DNA of 64,000 nt from IMG/VR virus record IMGVR_UViG_3300003321_000927, one strand, 5' to 3'. Shown in pieces: positions 1-9,388 of this stretch; within the stretch, counting starts at the first letter, position 1; the number at the start of each line of letters is the position of its first letter. This DNA is from a virus. Under the pieces are notes generated by a model, which had not been told where the DNA came from, did not search any database, and was given only the letters and a program-made list of their open reading frames with translations. The position numbers and the translations under genes are program-made.

Positions 1-45
1 GTTGGGCGATCGTCTGGGGGCTGCGCAAGTACAAGGAGCGGCGCG

Positions 46-468
46 GTGACTGAACGCGACCGTCTGCAGCGCATCCTGCGCACGACAAAGACCTGGATCC
101 GGAAGGGGCGGGCAGCAGCCTGTATAGAGGAGAGCGTCCTCGACTTCGAGTCGCTGGAGTTCCTCGTCGAGCTACTCGACGCCGCCGACGACCTCATCCA
201 ACTAAGGCCGCCACATGCGTTCTACGAGTCCGAGGGTGGGAGCTTCTTCGGACTTGACCTTGGCCCCGCTGGCACGCTGCCGGATCCGGACTTCGAGCAC
301 GCCGAGGAGCTAGCGGGTCGGATCCTCGATCGGCTGAAGAAGCAGCGCGAGCGCGGCGAGCGCGAGCAGTTGATCGCAAAGCTGGAGAACGTCAAAGGGC
401 GCACGCCCGAAGAGGCCGAGCTGTACCTCTCGCGGGCGCGCGCACTCAGGGCGGCGCATGGGGGCTAA
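46..468 (+). CDS. hypothetical protein (140 aa)
   Basis: Long ORF, protein-like composition, start of a co-directional + block. The window edge may truncate an upstream start. Confidence 0.45.
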   Translation: MTERDRLQRILRTTKTWIRKGRAAACIEESVLDFESLEFLVELLDAADDLIQLRPPHAFYESEGGSFFGLDLGPAGTLPDPDFEHAEELAGRILDRLKKQRERGEREQLIAKLENVKGRTPEEAELYLSRARALRAAHGG

Positions 469-766
469 CAACGGCACCGGTCAGCCGTACTGGTTCCGTT
501 GCTCGAAGTGTCGCCGCCACGGGGCGCGTGACGATGGCTGGGCTGGCAACGTCGTACTCACCGGCCGCCAGCGCCCGCACCGCGGCAAGCAGGGAGCACG
601 CAACACGTTCATCGATCGCGAGTACCGCTGCGAGTCGTGCGGACACGTCGGCTGGTCGTGCCACGTCGATCTCGCACGCAAGGCCGGGGAGCACCCCGAC
701 CTGCAGTTGAAGGACGGTGAGCACGTGCTCCCGTCATGGGCCCAAACAAAGGAGGCAACGAGATGA
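458..766 (+). CDS. zinc-ribbon protein (two CxxC pairs)
   Basis: ORF containing CSKCRR...CESCGH; the start overlaps the stop of the upstream gene. Confidence 0.4.
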   Translation: MGANNGTGQPYWFRCSKCRRHGARDDGWAGNVVLTGRQRPHRGKQGARNTFIDREYRCESCGHVGWSCHVDLARKAGEHPDLQLKDGEHVLPSWAQTKEATR

Positions 767-1029
767 AGAACGGACTGGGTGCTCTTGACCGAGCGCTCGA
801 CACACTGCAGCAGTTGGCCGTCGAAGACGACATCCCGATCTTCAACGCGGCCCACGTCGAACGGGTGCATGCCGACGGGAAAGAGGCCCTCGACAACGTG
901 CGCAACCTCTGCGCCGCAACAACCAAGTTCGTGCAAGAGGCGCTGATCTCGGCGTCGACACCTCTCGAAGAGGAGTTGGTCAAGGCGCTCGATCGCGTCA
1001 TGAAGGCGCGCGAAGGAGCACGCGCGTGA
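736..1029 (+). CDS. hypothetical protein (97 aa)
   Basis: ORF in the + block; helical, charged sequence. Confidence 0.4.
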   Translation: MGPNKGGNEMKNGLGALDRALDTLQQLAVEDDIPIFNAAHVERVHADGKEALDNVRNLCAATTKFVQEALISASTPLEEELVKALDRVMKAREGARA

Positions 1030-1322
1030 CCGAACGTGAGATGATCGAGCGGGCCTGCAAGGAGCATGGGCTCACGATCCAGGGCTGGGACGAGGAGCAC
1101 GAGAACGGCCTGACAGCGAAGCTCGGGCAGTACATGGTCACCACGCCCGACTACGAAGAGGACGGCCTCTACGAGGGCGACGAGGGTGAGTTGACCGCCT
1201 GCGTCGTCGGCGCCGCCAAGTACCACAACCAGCGCGTCTCCTTCTCGTTCATCGGGGAAGGAATGGATAGTGGCAACGAGGTCAGCGATCTCTTTGCCCT
1301 CGACCCGGTCGAGTTGGCCTAA
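1026..1322 (+). CDS. hypothetical protein (98 aa)
   Basis: ATGA-type overlap with the upstream stop; acidic protein. Confidence 0.45.
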   Translation: MTEREMIERACKEHGLTIQGWDEEHENGLTAKLGQYMVTTPDYEEDGLYEGDEGELTACVVGAAKYHNQRVSFSFIGEGMDSGNEVSDLFALDPVELA

Positions 1323-1534
1323 TGAACAGAGCCGCAGCCGCCCAGTGGTTCGCGGGAACGATCGCTGGGTGGCTCGGCTACTCCTACATCGACCTGCCGC
1401 ACATCAAGAAAGCAGGCCTACGCAAGCCGAAGGCGGCCGAGAGAGAGGTGTTCGACCGTTTCGGCGAGAACGTCGCCTTAGCCTACGAGCTGGCGGTCGA
1501 CGAGCTGAAGCGGCTGAAGGAAGTGTCGTCGTGA
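1322..1534 (+). CDS. hypothetical protein (70 aa)
   Basis: Start abuts the upstream stop; plausible small protein. Confidence 0.4.
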   Translation: MNRAAAAQWFAGTIAGWLGYSYIDLPHIKKAGLRKPKAAEREVFDRFGENVALAYELAVDELKRLKEVSS

Positions 1535-1586
1535 GCGACAGATGTCTGGTAGACTGCCTCCCGGCAACCAACCGTAGGAGGTGCTC

Positions 1587-4529
1587 ATGACCGACATCGA
1601 GCTGTACGAGGAGGTGGACGACCGCCTCCCGACCCCGGCCCAGAAGCAGCGCGAGGCCGAGGAGGAAGTGCGTGAGATCAGCGAGCGCGTCTCGCGCCTG
1701 AGCCAGGAGCTTGTCGAGCTAGCCTCGACCCCCGTCGAAGGGGACGACCCTTCGCAGGCCCTCGTGACCCGCGACGCATCACCGGGCGCGAAGAAGCGGG
1801 AGCTGGGCGTGATGCGCGCTCGCGCTGCTCGCCGAGCGCAGGAGATCGAGAGCAAACGCGAAGAGATCCGCGAGGCATCCCGCGAGATGGAGCGGGCGAT
1901 GTCGAAGCAGATGGAGCTTGCCAAGGAGGCGCTCGCACCGCTGGAGAAGTACATGGCGCGGCTGGAAGAGGGGATCTGGATGGTCAACCTCTACCTCGGC
2001 CGCGACGAAGAGATCCTGATGCTGCAGGACGGCGATCCTGCGCCCGCCAACGAGGTGGTGACGATCCGCCAGCTCGTTCTCTACATGGACGAGGAGTGCG
2101 CGATCAATCCGGACGGTGACGGCATCGACGCGACGCAGATCGAAGCGTTCGATGAGTGGCTGGTCGCCGACCCGCGGCACCTCGACCAGGTCTTGCCGGA
2201 GCGCAAGGGCGTCGTCGCGCTGAAGCCGCGGCGGCACGGCAAGCAGTACACGGATCCGTGGAAGCAGATGGTGATGGACAAGGAGAACGCCCGCACCTAC
2301 TTTCTGATCCGCAACGGCGAGAAGGCGTGGCGCACCTGGACCGAGTTCGACGTCGGCGCGCGCCTCGTCCCCCTGGCCGACGAGTTCGGCTCCTTCTTCT
2401 ACGAGAAGCAGCGCGCGTCGCATTCCCTGCGCGAGCGCGGCCTCAGCGATCACCGCATCCCGATCGAGCCGGGCACGAAGGCCTGGGAGGAAGCAGAGGA
2501 GGCGGCCGATGCGCGGCAGCGGCACTACATGCGGGTCGGGCTGATCCTGCAGGGCCTAGTCGATCGCACGACCGTCTTTCATCCGTTGCCCGAGGGCGGC
2601 ATCAACTTCATGGACTTCAACCACAGCAACAAGACCTGGCGCTTCGTGATCGACGCCGAGAACTTGATCGAGTCAGGACGCCAGCCTTACCGTGAATGGC
2701 TGCGCGAGCGTGCTGAGATGCTCCAAGTCGGCATGCGGATCGTGGGCACCTTCAACCGCTGGGACGACGGCGAGCGCTACCGGGGCAACGTCCGCCCGCC
2801 CGGCGCCTCGCTGCCCCCCTCGAACGAACTGCTCGTCCTGGACGAGAAGGGCCCCTACAGCGGATCGTTCCTCGTCCGCTACAACCGCACCGACAAGGTC
2901 TGGTCGAGCCGAAAGGTACCGGTCCCTGATCGGCCGGGCTGGGTCCATACGGAAGGCTACGTCGAGCCGAAGAGGCGGGCGTCGATGATCGTCGACGGGG
3001 GCGACCACAACATCATCCCCTTCGATCTTGTGACCGAGGAGGAGATGCTCGCCTACCTGAACGCGCGGCTCGACCGGCATAACTACGCCGAGATGTTCCC
3101 GCTGCTAAAGGCCGCCGTGCGGGCGAAGCGTGTCGAGCGCGAGGAGGAGCGCCCGTTCAGGACGATGATGGTCGGCGTGCTCGCGCGCGAGAACGGCGTC
3201 AGCGCGGAAGAAGCCGAGAGCTTGATCGACGACCTGATCTCCTGGTGGAAGACAGGCAACCGCTGGCATCGGCCTCTCATCGGCGGCGAGGAATCCCAGG
3301 CGAAGGCCGTGCGGGCGCTCGTCGCTGAGCACGCTCGGCGTCTACGCGTCCAGAGGCGCGGCAGTCTCGGTGCGTCGGTCATCGAGAGCATCAAGGGACA
3401 GAACCCGCAGCTCATTGCGATTCTCCAGCGCCGCTCCAACGGTCACCTGCTCGCGGTGACGCCTGAGCGGCACGAGCTGTACACGGACGTCGATTATACG
3501 TCGCCGTATGTGCGCATCGACGAGTACACCGCGACCGGACGCAGGCACACGAAGGGCGAGAAGCGCTGGTTCATGCTCGCGCCGAGCTGGCTCTCCCGCC
3601 TCGACGTAGTACTCGAAGGCGACCAGTGGGACGCGTGGCCGAAGAACGCGTCCGATCGCGAACATCTCAGCGGGCCCGAGCTGGAGCGGCTGTACGGCGC
3701 TGTCCGCGACCGCGCAGAAGGCATGGTGGAGGCGATCGCCTACGATCCGCACAAGAAGAACTTCTACCTCTGGACGTTCGAGAAGGATGCCCAGCTCGAC
3801 GCTAGTTCTCCGTTCACCGCCACGCTCCGGGAGCCGATTGTGCAGGAGACGGTCTATGGGTGGATGCGGCGTAATGGCGAGGCGCAGCTCAACGAGCACC
3901 GTTGGGGCAGCTCGCGGCCGAACTACATCTACCAGACACGCCCATGGGACACGCGTCCACGCGACAAGCGCGACCGCGACCTCTGGTGGGATGACGAGAA
4001 GGTCAGCGCAGAGGAGTTGGCGGTCAACAAGTACGTCGTGCTCTACGTCGACGAGGCACTCGTTCAGCGCTACGACGAGCAGAAGGCGGCCTATGCGCAG
4101 GTCAGCGAGGCGCTGGAGGGGCCGCGGCGGCGCGTGCGTTCCCTCCTCGCCTCGATCGAACGGCAGTGGGTCGAGCGCAAGGAGCGCGCCGAGTACGATC
4201 GCTTCCTGGAGGACTACCTCGATCCCGAACTGTGGGAGGGGCACAAGAAGGCGCTGCCGCAGGGCTTCTTCTCCTACCCGCACAGTCACTACAGATCATG
4301 GCGGAGGGAGCCGGACGCGCTCGCGCTGATGATCGAGTACCACATCGAGATGGACATGCCGATCGTCGGGCTCACGGTATGGGAGGCGACGGAGAATTTT
4401 CCTCCCGTCGCGTGGATCAAGGATCGGCTGCAGAAGGAGCAGGAGTGGTGGGGGAAGGCGCCCAAAGCGACCGACATCCCCGAAGACATCCGTGATCTGC
4501 GTTTCGAGGAGCCGTCGGATGACGACTAA
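1587..4529 (+). CDS. large hypothetical protein (about 980 aa), N-terminal coiled coil, no recognisable NTPase motif
   Basis: AGGAGG at 1575-1580 lies 6 nt before the ATG at 1587. The ORF is uninterrupted for 2.9 kb. No Walker A motif is visible. Confidence 0.6.
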   Translation: MTDIELYEEVDDRLPTPAQKQREAEEEVREISERVSRLSQELVELASTPVEGDDPSQALVTRDASPGAKKRELGVMRARAARRAQEIESKREEIREASREMERAMSKQMELAKEALAPLEKYMARLEEGIWMVNLYLGRDEEILMLQDGDPAPANEVVTIRQLVLYMDEECAINPDGDGIDATQIEAFDEWLVADPRHLDQVLPERKGVVALKPRRHGKQYTDPWKQMVMDKENARTYFLIRNGEKAWRTWTEFDVGARLVPLADEFGSFFYEKQRASHSLRERGLSDHRIPIEPGTKAWEEAEEAADARQRHYMRVGLILQGLVDRTTVFHPLPEGGINFMDFNHSNKTWRFVIDAENLIESGRQPYREWLRERAEMLQVGMRIVGTFNRWDDGERYRGNVRPPGASLPPSNELLVLDEKGPYSGSFLVRYNRTDKVWSSRKVPVPDRPGWVHTEGYVEPKRRASMIVDGGDHNIIPFDLVTEEEMLAYLNARLDRHNYAEMFPLLKAAVRAKRVEREEERPFRTMMVGVLARENGVSAEEAESLIDDLISWWKTGNRWHRPLIGGEESQAKAVRALVAEHARRLRVQRRGSLGASVIESIKGQNPQLIAILQRRSNGHLLAVTPERHELYTDVDYTSPYVRIDEYTATGRRHTKGEKRWFMLAPSWLSRLDVVLEGDQWDAWPKNASDREHLSGPELERLYGAVRDRAEGMVEAIAYDPHKKNFYLWTFEKDAQLDASSPFTATLREPIVQETVYGWMRRNGEAQLNEHRWGSSRPNYIYQTRPWDTRPRDKRDRDLWWDDEKVSAEELAVNKYVVLYVDEALVQRYDEQKAAYAQVSEALEGPRRRVRSLLASIERQWVERKERAEYDRFLEDYLDPELWEGHKKALPQGFFSYPHSHYRSWRREPDALALMIEYHIEMDMPIVGLTVWEATENFPPVAWIKDRLQKEQEWWGKAPKATDIPEDIRDLRFEEPSDDD

Positions 4530-4737
4530 GACGAAGCGGCGGCGGCGCACCAAGGCCGAGATCCGTGCGGCCCGCGAGACGGAATGGAGGAAGCTCGTCC
4601 ACGGGCACACCGGCAACTACACGTGCCGCTGGTGTGGGGACGCGAAGTACTGCCGAGGCACAACCAAGCGGCGCATGGCCTGCGAGGAGTGCTATCTCGA
4701 AAAAGGGCCGCCGAAGATCGCCAAGGGATCGAAGTGA
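4492..4737 (+). CDS. zinc-ribbon protein (CRWCG...CEEC)
   Basis: Small ORF overlapping the 3' end of the 980-aa gene; four Cys arranged as CxxC pairs. Confidence 0.4.
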   Translation: MICVSRSRRMTTKTKRRRRTKAEIRAARETEWRKLVHGHTGNYTCRWCGDAKYCRGTTKRRMACEECYLEKGPPKIAKGSK

Positions 4738-4976
4738 TGCACCGCCACATCATCACCGAGCACGGTGTCGCCTTCGCCGCAGAGCTGGTCGGCGACACGG
4801 TGACGAGCGCGATCGAAGTCGAGCAGGTCGAGCAGCATCTCCTCGATCAGCAGGTCGAGGAAGCAAAGCAGCTTGCCTATGACAACGATCAGCGGCTCAC
4901 CTGTGAAGCGCTTACCCTGATGCTGCTGCGAGGAGAAGCGACCACTATCGGCGCGTACTTCGAGGTGGGGCTGTGA
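4736..4976 (+). CDS. hypothetical protein (79 aa)
   Basis: ATG at 4736 overlaps the upstream stop; acidic helical protein. Confidence 0.4.
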
Positions 4977-5015
4977 TCGACAGCATCCGGACCTATTGCA
5001 TCAGGCACCGCGGTC

Positions 5016-5246
5016 GTGCGATTATCGACGAGGTCGATGGGGCAGACGGGGGGCACACAACAGGTGCATTGGCATCGGGCGGGCGCGCGCGAGACAACCT
5101 TGATCACGATGATCGTGGACGCCCCCTCGGCGGAGCTTCTCCTGGAGGGCCTGGAGCGCCTGGAGAAGAACATCTTCATCAGCCGGATGAAGCGCGAGCT
5201 GCAGGCAGCGATCGAGGCAGCCTGTGAGGGGCAGGAATCTGCGTGA
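5016..5246 (+). CDS. hypothetical protein (76 aa)
   Basis: More protein-like than the overlapping Gly/Arg-rich frame 4973..5227. Confidence 0.3.
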   Translation: MRLSTRSMGQTGGTQQVHWHRAGARETTLITMIVDAPSAELLLEGLERLEKNIFISRMKRELQAAIEAACEGQESA

Positions 5247-5429
5247 GCGTCTCGCTGCGGCACTGATTGACGTCGCGAAGGATGCCGCGACTGGCATCGT
5301 TCTTGTCGTCGCATTCCTGCTCTTGGTGCTCGCCCTCATCGAGGGCCTTGCGCTCATCTTTCGAATCGGTTGACCAGTCATTGCTGCCATGCTTCTATAC
5401 CATCACGCGAACGAAAGGAGGCACCACCT

Positions 5430-5939
5430 TTGACTCAGACAATGGTCGACGAGCTGGAGGCAGCTCTCACCGAACCAACTGCAGGGCCACTCCGGGAGAT
5501 CTTCAAGGAGATGATCCCGGTCATCCAGCAGAGGCTGGAACAGGGCGACGCTCACTGGGCGCGCATTCAGGCGCTCTACCAGGAGCGTCGTCGGATCCAC
5601 GAGAGCGAGAAGGCGCAGGCCCTGCGCCTTCTGAAGGAGCTGGGCCACGAGGCTCCTAAGTCCCCGGCGCGGCGCAAGGAAGACCCCAAGCCAGGGCCCG
5701 AGGCGATCGAAAAGACAGTCCGTTGGCTGGCAGGCCAGAAGGAGCCGAAGAGCTTCAAGGACATCGCCGAGAGTCTCGACATCGCACTCTCGTCGGCGAC
5801 GAAGCAGGTCGCCGTCGCGAAGAAGCTGGATCTGGTTCGGATCGCCAAGCGCGGCGGAACGACCGGACGCATGCAGTTCTTCGCCGTCCACGACGACGCA
5901 ATTCAGCGGCTGGATGAGGGGCGTGTCCAGTGGCAGTAG
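5430..5939 (+). CDS. putative DNA-binding protein (C-terminal winged-helix-like)
   Basis: AAGGAGG at 5415-5421 lies 8 nt before the TTG at 5430, with MVDELEA following. The C-terminal segment KSFKDIAESLDI...LVRIAKRGG resembles a wHTH. Confidence 0.45.
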   Translation: MTQTMVDELEAALTEPTAGPLREIFKEMIPVIQQRLEQGDAHWARIQALYQERRRIHESEKAQALRLLKELGHEAPKSPARRKEDPKPGPEAIEKTVRWLAGQKEPKSFKDIAESLDIALSSATKQVAVAKKLDLVRIAKRGGTTGRMQFFAVHDDAIQRLDEGRVQWQ

Positions 5940-6394
5940 CTGTTCGCGCCAAGGAGTTCCGGCTGACGCAGTACCACGTCAGCGACCGCGAGTTGCTGGG
6001 TGTCCTTCGTGACGCGCTCGACGCCGACGGCTACGCAGAGTCAGCGGTCGTCGCCGCGGCCTTCTGGCCACGTACCATGTCGAAGGCCGACAGCGCCGAT
6101 GCCCGCTCAGCAGTCGCGGCGGTCTCGCGTCGGCTCGGCTACATGGCCTCCCAGCTCGGTTTCGTCACGCGGGAGCCGAAGAAGTCAGGTCTGGCGCGCT
6201 GGACGTTGACCGAGGAGGGAGAGCATCTCCTCAGCGGCAGGCTGCGGGCGGCCGTCGAACGCGGGATCGACGAGATGGATGGCGCTCAAAGTGTCACCGC
6301 CATGGGGGTACTCGCTGGCCGAATCGGTTCGGCGAGAGGGCCCTTCAGCACAGCCATGGTGAGGGCCTTCCGCTCTGGATACGGACGGCGCTGA
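5930..6394 (+). CDS. hypothetical protein (154 aa)
   Basis: GTG start overlapping the upstream TAG; the protein reads as coding. Confidence 0.45.
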   Translation: MAVAVRAKEFRLTQYHVSDRELLGVLRDALDADGYAESAVVAAAFWPRTMSKADSADARSAVAAVSRRLGYMASQLGFVTREPKKSGLARWTLTEEGEHLLSGRLRAAVERGIDEMDGAQSVTAMGVLAGRIGSARGPFSTAMVRAFRSGYGRR

Positions 6395-6798
6395 TGACGA
6401 GCGAGGTCTGGCAGGAAACAGTCGAAGTGCTGGGCGAGCACGGCATCAAAGTCCGCGTGCAGCACCTGCGCCGCTGGCGGGTGAAGACAGGCGTGGAATC
6501 GCTGATGTCGGTCGGGCAGTTCCACTCGATCGACATTCCCGAGCACGCACTCACGCCGGGCAACGTGTTCGAGCTTGACCCGCGCGGCGGCATCACGCAT
6601 CTCTGGCTCTTTCGGGGCGAGGCGAACGCTCAGGAGATTCTGGCCGACGTCCACATACGCGTCCATCCGAACGACAACTACTGCAAGAGGATCGGACGAG
6701 AGAAGGCGCTGAGCGCGGCGCTCGACGTCGTGAAGAGCCGAGATCCAGAGCTGCGGCAACAGATCAGCTCAGGGCGTCAGCAGGCCGCGAAGGCGTGA
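6394..6798 (+). CDS. hypothetical protein (134 aa)
   Basis: TGATG overlap with the upstream stop. Confidence 0.45.
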   Translation: MTSEVWQETVEVLGEHGIKVRVQHLRRWRVKTGVESLMSVGQFHSIDIPEHALTPGNVFELDPRGGITHLWLFRGEANAQEILADVHIRVHPNDNYCKRIGREKALSAALDVVKSRDPELRQQISSGRQQAAKA

Positions 6799-6808
6799 AA
6801 AGGACCGT

Positions 6809-7054
6809 TCAGGCCGCCGCACGTTCATCGTCGGAACTCCGACGTGCGGCGGCCAGTTCGGCTTCGAGCGTATGCACTGCGGCACGAAGCATCTGGATCT
6901 CGGCATACAGCTCACGAAGGTAGGAGCGGTGGTCGGGCGGGTAGCTACGTTCCTCATAGCGGAGCCACCAATCACAGGGCCCGAACTCTTCAGCCGGAGA
7001 CGGGATACCGTCCTCGTCGCGCCACCGGTCGGTCGCTGCTTCTCCGCCAGCCAT
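6809..7054 (-). CDS. hypothetical protein (81 aa)
   Basis: ATG at 7054 overlaps the stop of the HNH gene (ATGA). Confidence 0.4.
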   Translation of the reverse strand: MAGGEAATDRWRDEDGIPSPAEEFGPCDWWLRYEERSYPPDHRSYLRELYAEIQMLRAAVHTLEAELAAARRSSDDERAAA

Positions 7055-7617
7055 CACTCCTCCTCTTCGTACGTCCGGCGCCTGACCGTCTTGCCGATCG
7101 GCCGCCCGCGCTTGCGGCTCCGACGCCGCTTCGAATCGCGTATGTTGCGGCGATGTTGCGAGGTCGCCTGGACGTCGGGCGTCAACTTCGCCTCGCGCGG
7201 GTCGTTGTTGTCGACGTGCTTGTGGTGGGCGTGGCACAGCGTGCGCAGATGCCGCGCGTCGCACGCTTCACGCACGAAGTGGTCCCAGCCGGGCGCTCCG
7301 CGTTGCGGGCTGCCACAGCGCTCCCAGATGTGCCGGAGCTTCTCTTCGTGATGCACTTCCAGGAGCGCCTGGGTGTTGCATCGGCGGGTGCCGACCGTCC
7401 ACGTGCAGCGGTAGCCGTCACGGGCGACGACCTCGGCCTTCACCTTCGACCAGCGCGGATCCTTGTACAGCCAGCGGAACGGGTTCTTCTCCAGACGCCG
7501 GTGATCGCGCTTGCGCCGATGGTCAGGGCAACGCCCCTCGGGCGAGAGAACGCCGCATGGGCCCCACGAGCCGTCGCGCCGCTGCACCCTCTCCATGCAC
7601 GGCTTCAGGGCAGCCAT
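7054..7617 (-). CDS. HNH endonuclease
   Basis: Motifs VHHEEKLRHIW...CHAHHKHVDNN with Cys pairs. GGAGG lies 7 nt upstream of the ATG at 7617. Confidence 0.65.
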   Translation of the reverse strand: MAALKPCMERVQRRDGSWGPCGVLSPEGRCPDHRRKRDHRRLEKNPFRWLYKDPRWSKVKAEVVARDGYRCTWTVGTRRCNTQALLEVHHEEKLRHIWERCGSPQRGAPGWDHFVREACDARHLRTLCHAHHKHVDNNDPREAKLTPDVQATSQHRRNIRDSKRRRSRKRGRPIGKTVRRRTYEEEE

Positions 7618-7674
7618 GTAGGCGCCTCCTGCTGCCATGCTGCACGCATTCAACGAGACTAGGAAGGTGGTCGG

Positions 7675-7962
7675 ATGACACCCCAGATCTGGACGCCGGA
7701 GGACGAGTTCCGCCGTTGGTACCCGGCGCTCGGCGCGCGCCTCGACCGTCTCCCGTTCGCGGAGATAGCACAGCACGCGCTCGACATCGAGAAGGAGCTG
7801 CAGAGCGGCGAACGCGTCTGTTTGGAGGTCGAGAATGGCGCGATGCGTAGTGAGGGCGAACTGACGATCGGCTTCAGGACCGGTGCCGAAATCTCCTACA
7901 TGCTCACGAAGCCGTTCGGTGGCCTCGGCGACTGGCGACCCACTGGCTGGAGGCCAGCGTGA
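7675..7962 (+). CDS. hypothetical protein (95 aa)
   Basis: ORF preceded by GGAAGG; coding-like. Confidence 0.45.
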   Translation: MTPQIWTPEDEFRRWYPALGARLDRLPFAEIAQHALDIEKELQSGERVCLEVENGAMRSEGELTIGFRTGAEISYMLTKPFGGLGDWRPTGWRPA

Positions 7963-8213
7963 GGCTCTGGTGGCGCAAGCGCCGTCGCAAGGCCCGGCCC
8001 GGAGACTGCATTCGGCTCGACGGCAAGCTCTACATGGTCGTGGAGGTCACGTGGCCGCAACAGGAGGCGACGCTCGAACCGCTTGGCTCCCTGCTCGCGA
8101 ACTGGATGGCAGCGAGCGATGACGCGGGCGTGCCGATTCTGATCTTCGATCTGCTCGTCGACGCGGGCTGGACGCCGCCCGACACGAGCCGCCGCGTGAT
8201 GGGGTACAGCTAG
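7959..8213 (+). CDS. hypothetical protein (84 aa)
   Basis: Overlapping start/stop with the upstream gene. Confidence 0.4.
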   Translation: MRLWWRKRRRKARPGDCIRLDGKLYMVVEVTWPQQEATLEPLGSLLANWMAASDDAGVPILIFDLLVDAGWTPPDTSRRVMGYS

Positions 8214-8393
8214 GTGAAGTTCGTCATCGAGATAGAGGTTGACGACCCACCCAGCTACGCGGAAGAGGTCATCTGCAAGTCGATCGCGCTAAAGGCTGCG
8301 CGGGGCGCCCTCCTCGACAGCAACTTCACGCTGTCCATCACCCGCGTCGGGCCTTTCAGGATCGAGTCCGGCTTCATTCGAAGGGTCAATTGA
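8214..8393 (+). CDS. small hypothetical protein (59 aa; VKFVIEIEVDDPPSY...)
   Basis: GTG directly after the upstream TAG. Absent from the supplied ORF track (under 60 aa) but has clean coding character. Confidence 0.35.
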   Translation: MKFVIEIEVDDPPSYAEEVICKSIALKAARGALLDSNFTLSITRVGPFRIESGFIRRVN

Positions 8394-8395
8394 CC

Positions 8396-8725
8396 ATGAG
8401 CGTCACCATCAGGGGCGTCACGTTCATCAAGCTCGGGCCTGTCGACCGGCGCCAGTCGACGCTCGTATCGAAGCGTGGCCGGTACCTCTGTCCCTGGTGC
8501 TCCGACCTGGAGCGGCATCGCATCGTCGGCTTCTTCGGCACGCACCTCCCCGAGCACTTGATCAAGCACATGAAGCAGGACCACTACCGCTGCACGCAGT
8601 GTTACTGGGTCGGCGTGCGACCGGGGCAGCATGTTCGCCGGGGCCGGGAGCACGAAGCCTTTTCGCCGAATGGCGAACGACGCTTGCGCTATCGCAAGGT
8701 CAGGCTTTTCGATCGCTCTTCGTGA
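8396..8725 (+). CDS. zinc-binding protein (CPWC...CTQC)
   Basis: ORF with two CxxC pairs and His residues. Confidence 0.45.
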   Translation: MSVTIRGVTFIKLGPVDRRQSTLVSKRGRYLCPWCSDLERHRIVGFFGTHLPEHLIKHMKQDHYRCTQCYWVGVRPGQHVRRGREHEAFSPNGERRLRYRKVRLFDRSS

Positions 8726-9197
8726 AGTACGGCCGCGAGTATAGGTAGCCGGGGTAGCCGTAGTCGATCTTGCCGTTGTTGTGCAATTCGATGAAGCGCT
8801 GGCGGTCTTCCTGTGAGAAGTGCTGGAAGTAGAACTTGTGCCGCGGCCCCGTCGGAATGTGCTTCGCGCCGAAACAGACGAAGCACTCGACGCCCTCGGG
8901 ATTGGCCGCGGTCTTGTGTGTCGCGCCCTCGCCATGACACTCCCAGCAGGGCTTCTCCTTGTCCCCCCACTCCTCGACGTAGAGCTTGTAGCCCTTGTCT
9001 GTTGGGCCAAGCTGGGCGGCCTCCGACTCGATCAGCTCGAACAGGCGTGCTGGCGGCAGCGAGCCGCAGTAGGAACAGTGGAGCGCACCTTCGCGCTCGC
9101 GCCAAGTGTCCTCGCCTTGACGTTCCGGCTCGAAGATCGGCGAGTAGCCGCCCCAGCTCAGGTAGTCGAGACGGCGCGGACAGAAGAATGTGTTCAC
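8700..9197 (-). CDS. Cys-rich protein (about 165 aa; CSYCG, CWECHG, CFVCFGAKH)
   Basis: GTG at 9197 forms a GTGA overlap with the upstream stop. GGGGG lies 7 nt upstream. The C-terminal 165 aa of the 378-aa ORF look coding; the N-terminal part looks antisense-like. Confidence 0.45.
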   Translation of the reverse strand: MNTFFCPRRLDYLSWGGYSPIFEPERQGEDTWREREGALHCSYCGSLPPARLFELIESEAAQLGPTDKGYKLYVEEWGDKEKPCWECHGEGATHKTAANPEGVECFVCFGAKHIPTGPRHKFYFQHFSQEDRQRFIELHNNGKIDYGYPGYLYSRPYFTKSDRKA

Positions 9198-9388
9198 AGA
9201 TTCGCCCCCGGACACTCGTGATAGCGGAACGTCATGTCGACGACGTCGTGGTCGGCCCTCGGATCGCGGGAGGGCTCGACCATCACCTCGACGGGGTCGC
9301 TCCAGGTGCGGTATGCACCCGCCAGCTCGTGCGATATAACGCATGCATACTGGCCGGGCTGCAGCTTGACGGTCACCTCGCGCTCCAT
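9194..9388 (-). CDS. hypothetical protein (64 aa)
   Basis: Internal ATG at 9388 shares a nucleotide with the upstream stop (TGATG). Confidence 0.35.
   Translation of the reverse strand: MEREVTVKLQPGQYACVISHELAGAYRTWSDPVEVMVEPSRDPRADHDVVDMTFRYHECPGANL

Noticed and set aside
4973-5227. 84-aa Gly/Arg-rich ORF.
   Set aside because: The overlapping frame 5016-5246 looks more protein-like. The Gly/Arg-rich frame is typical GC-skew noise.
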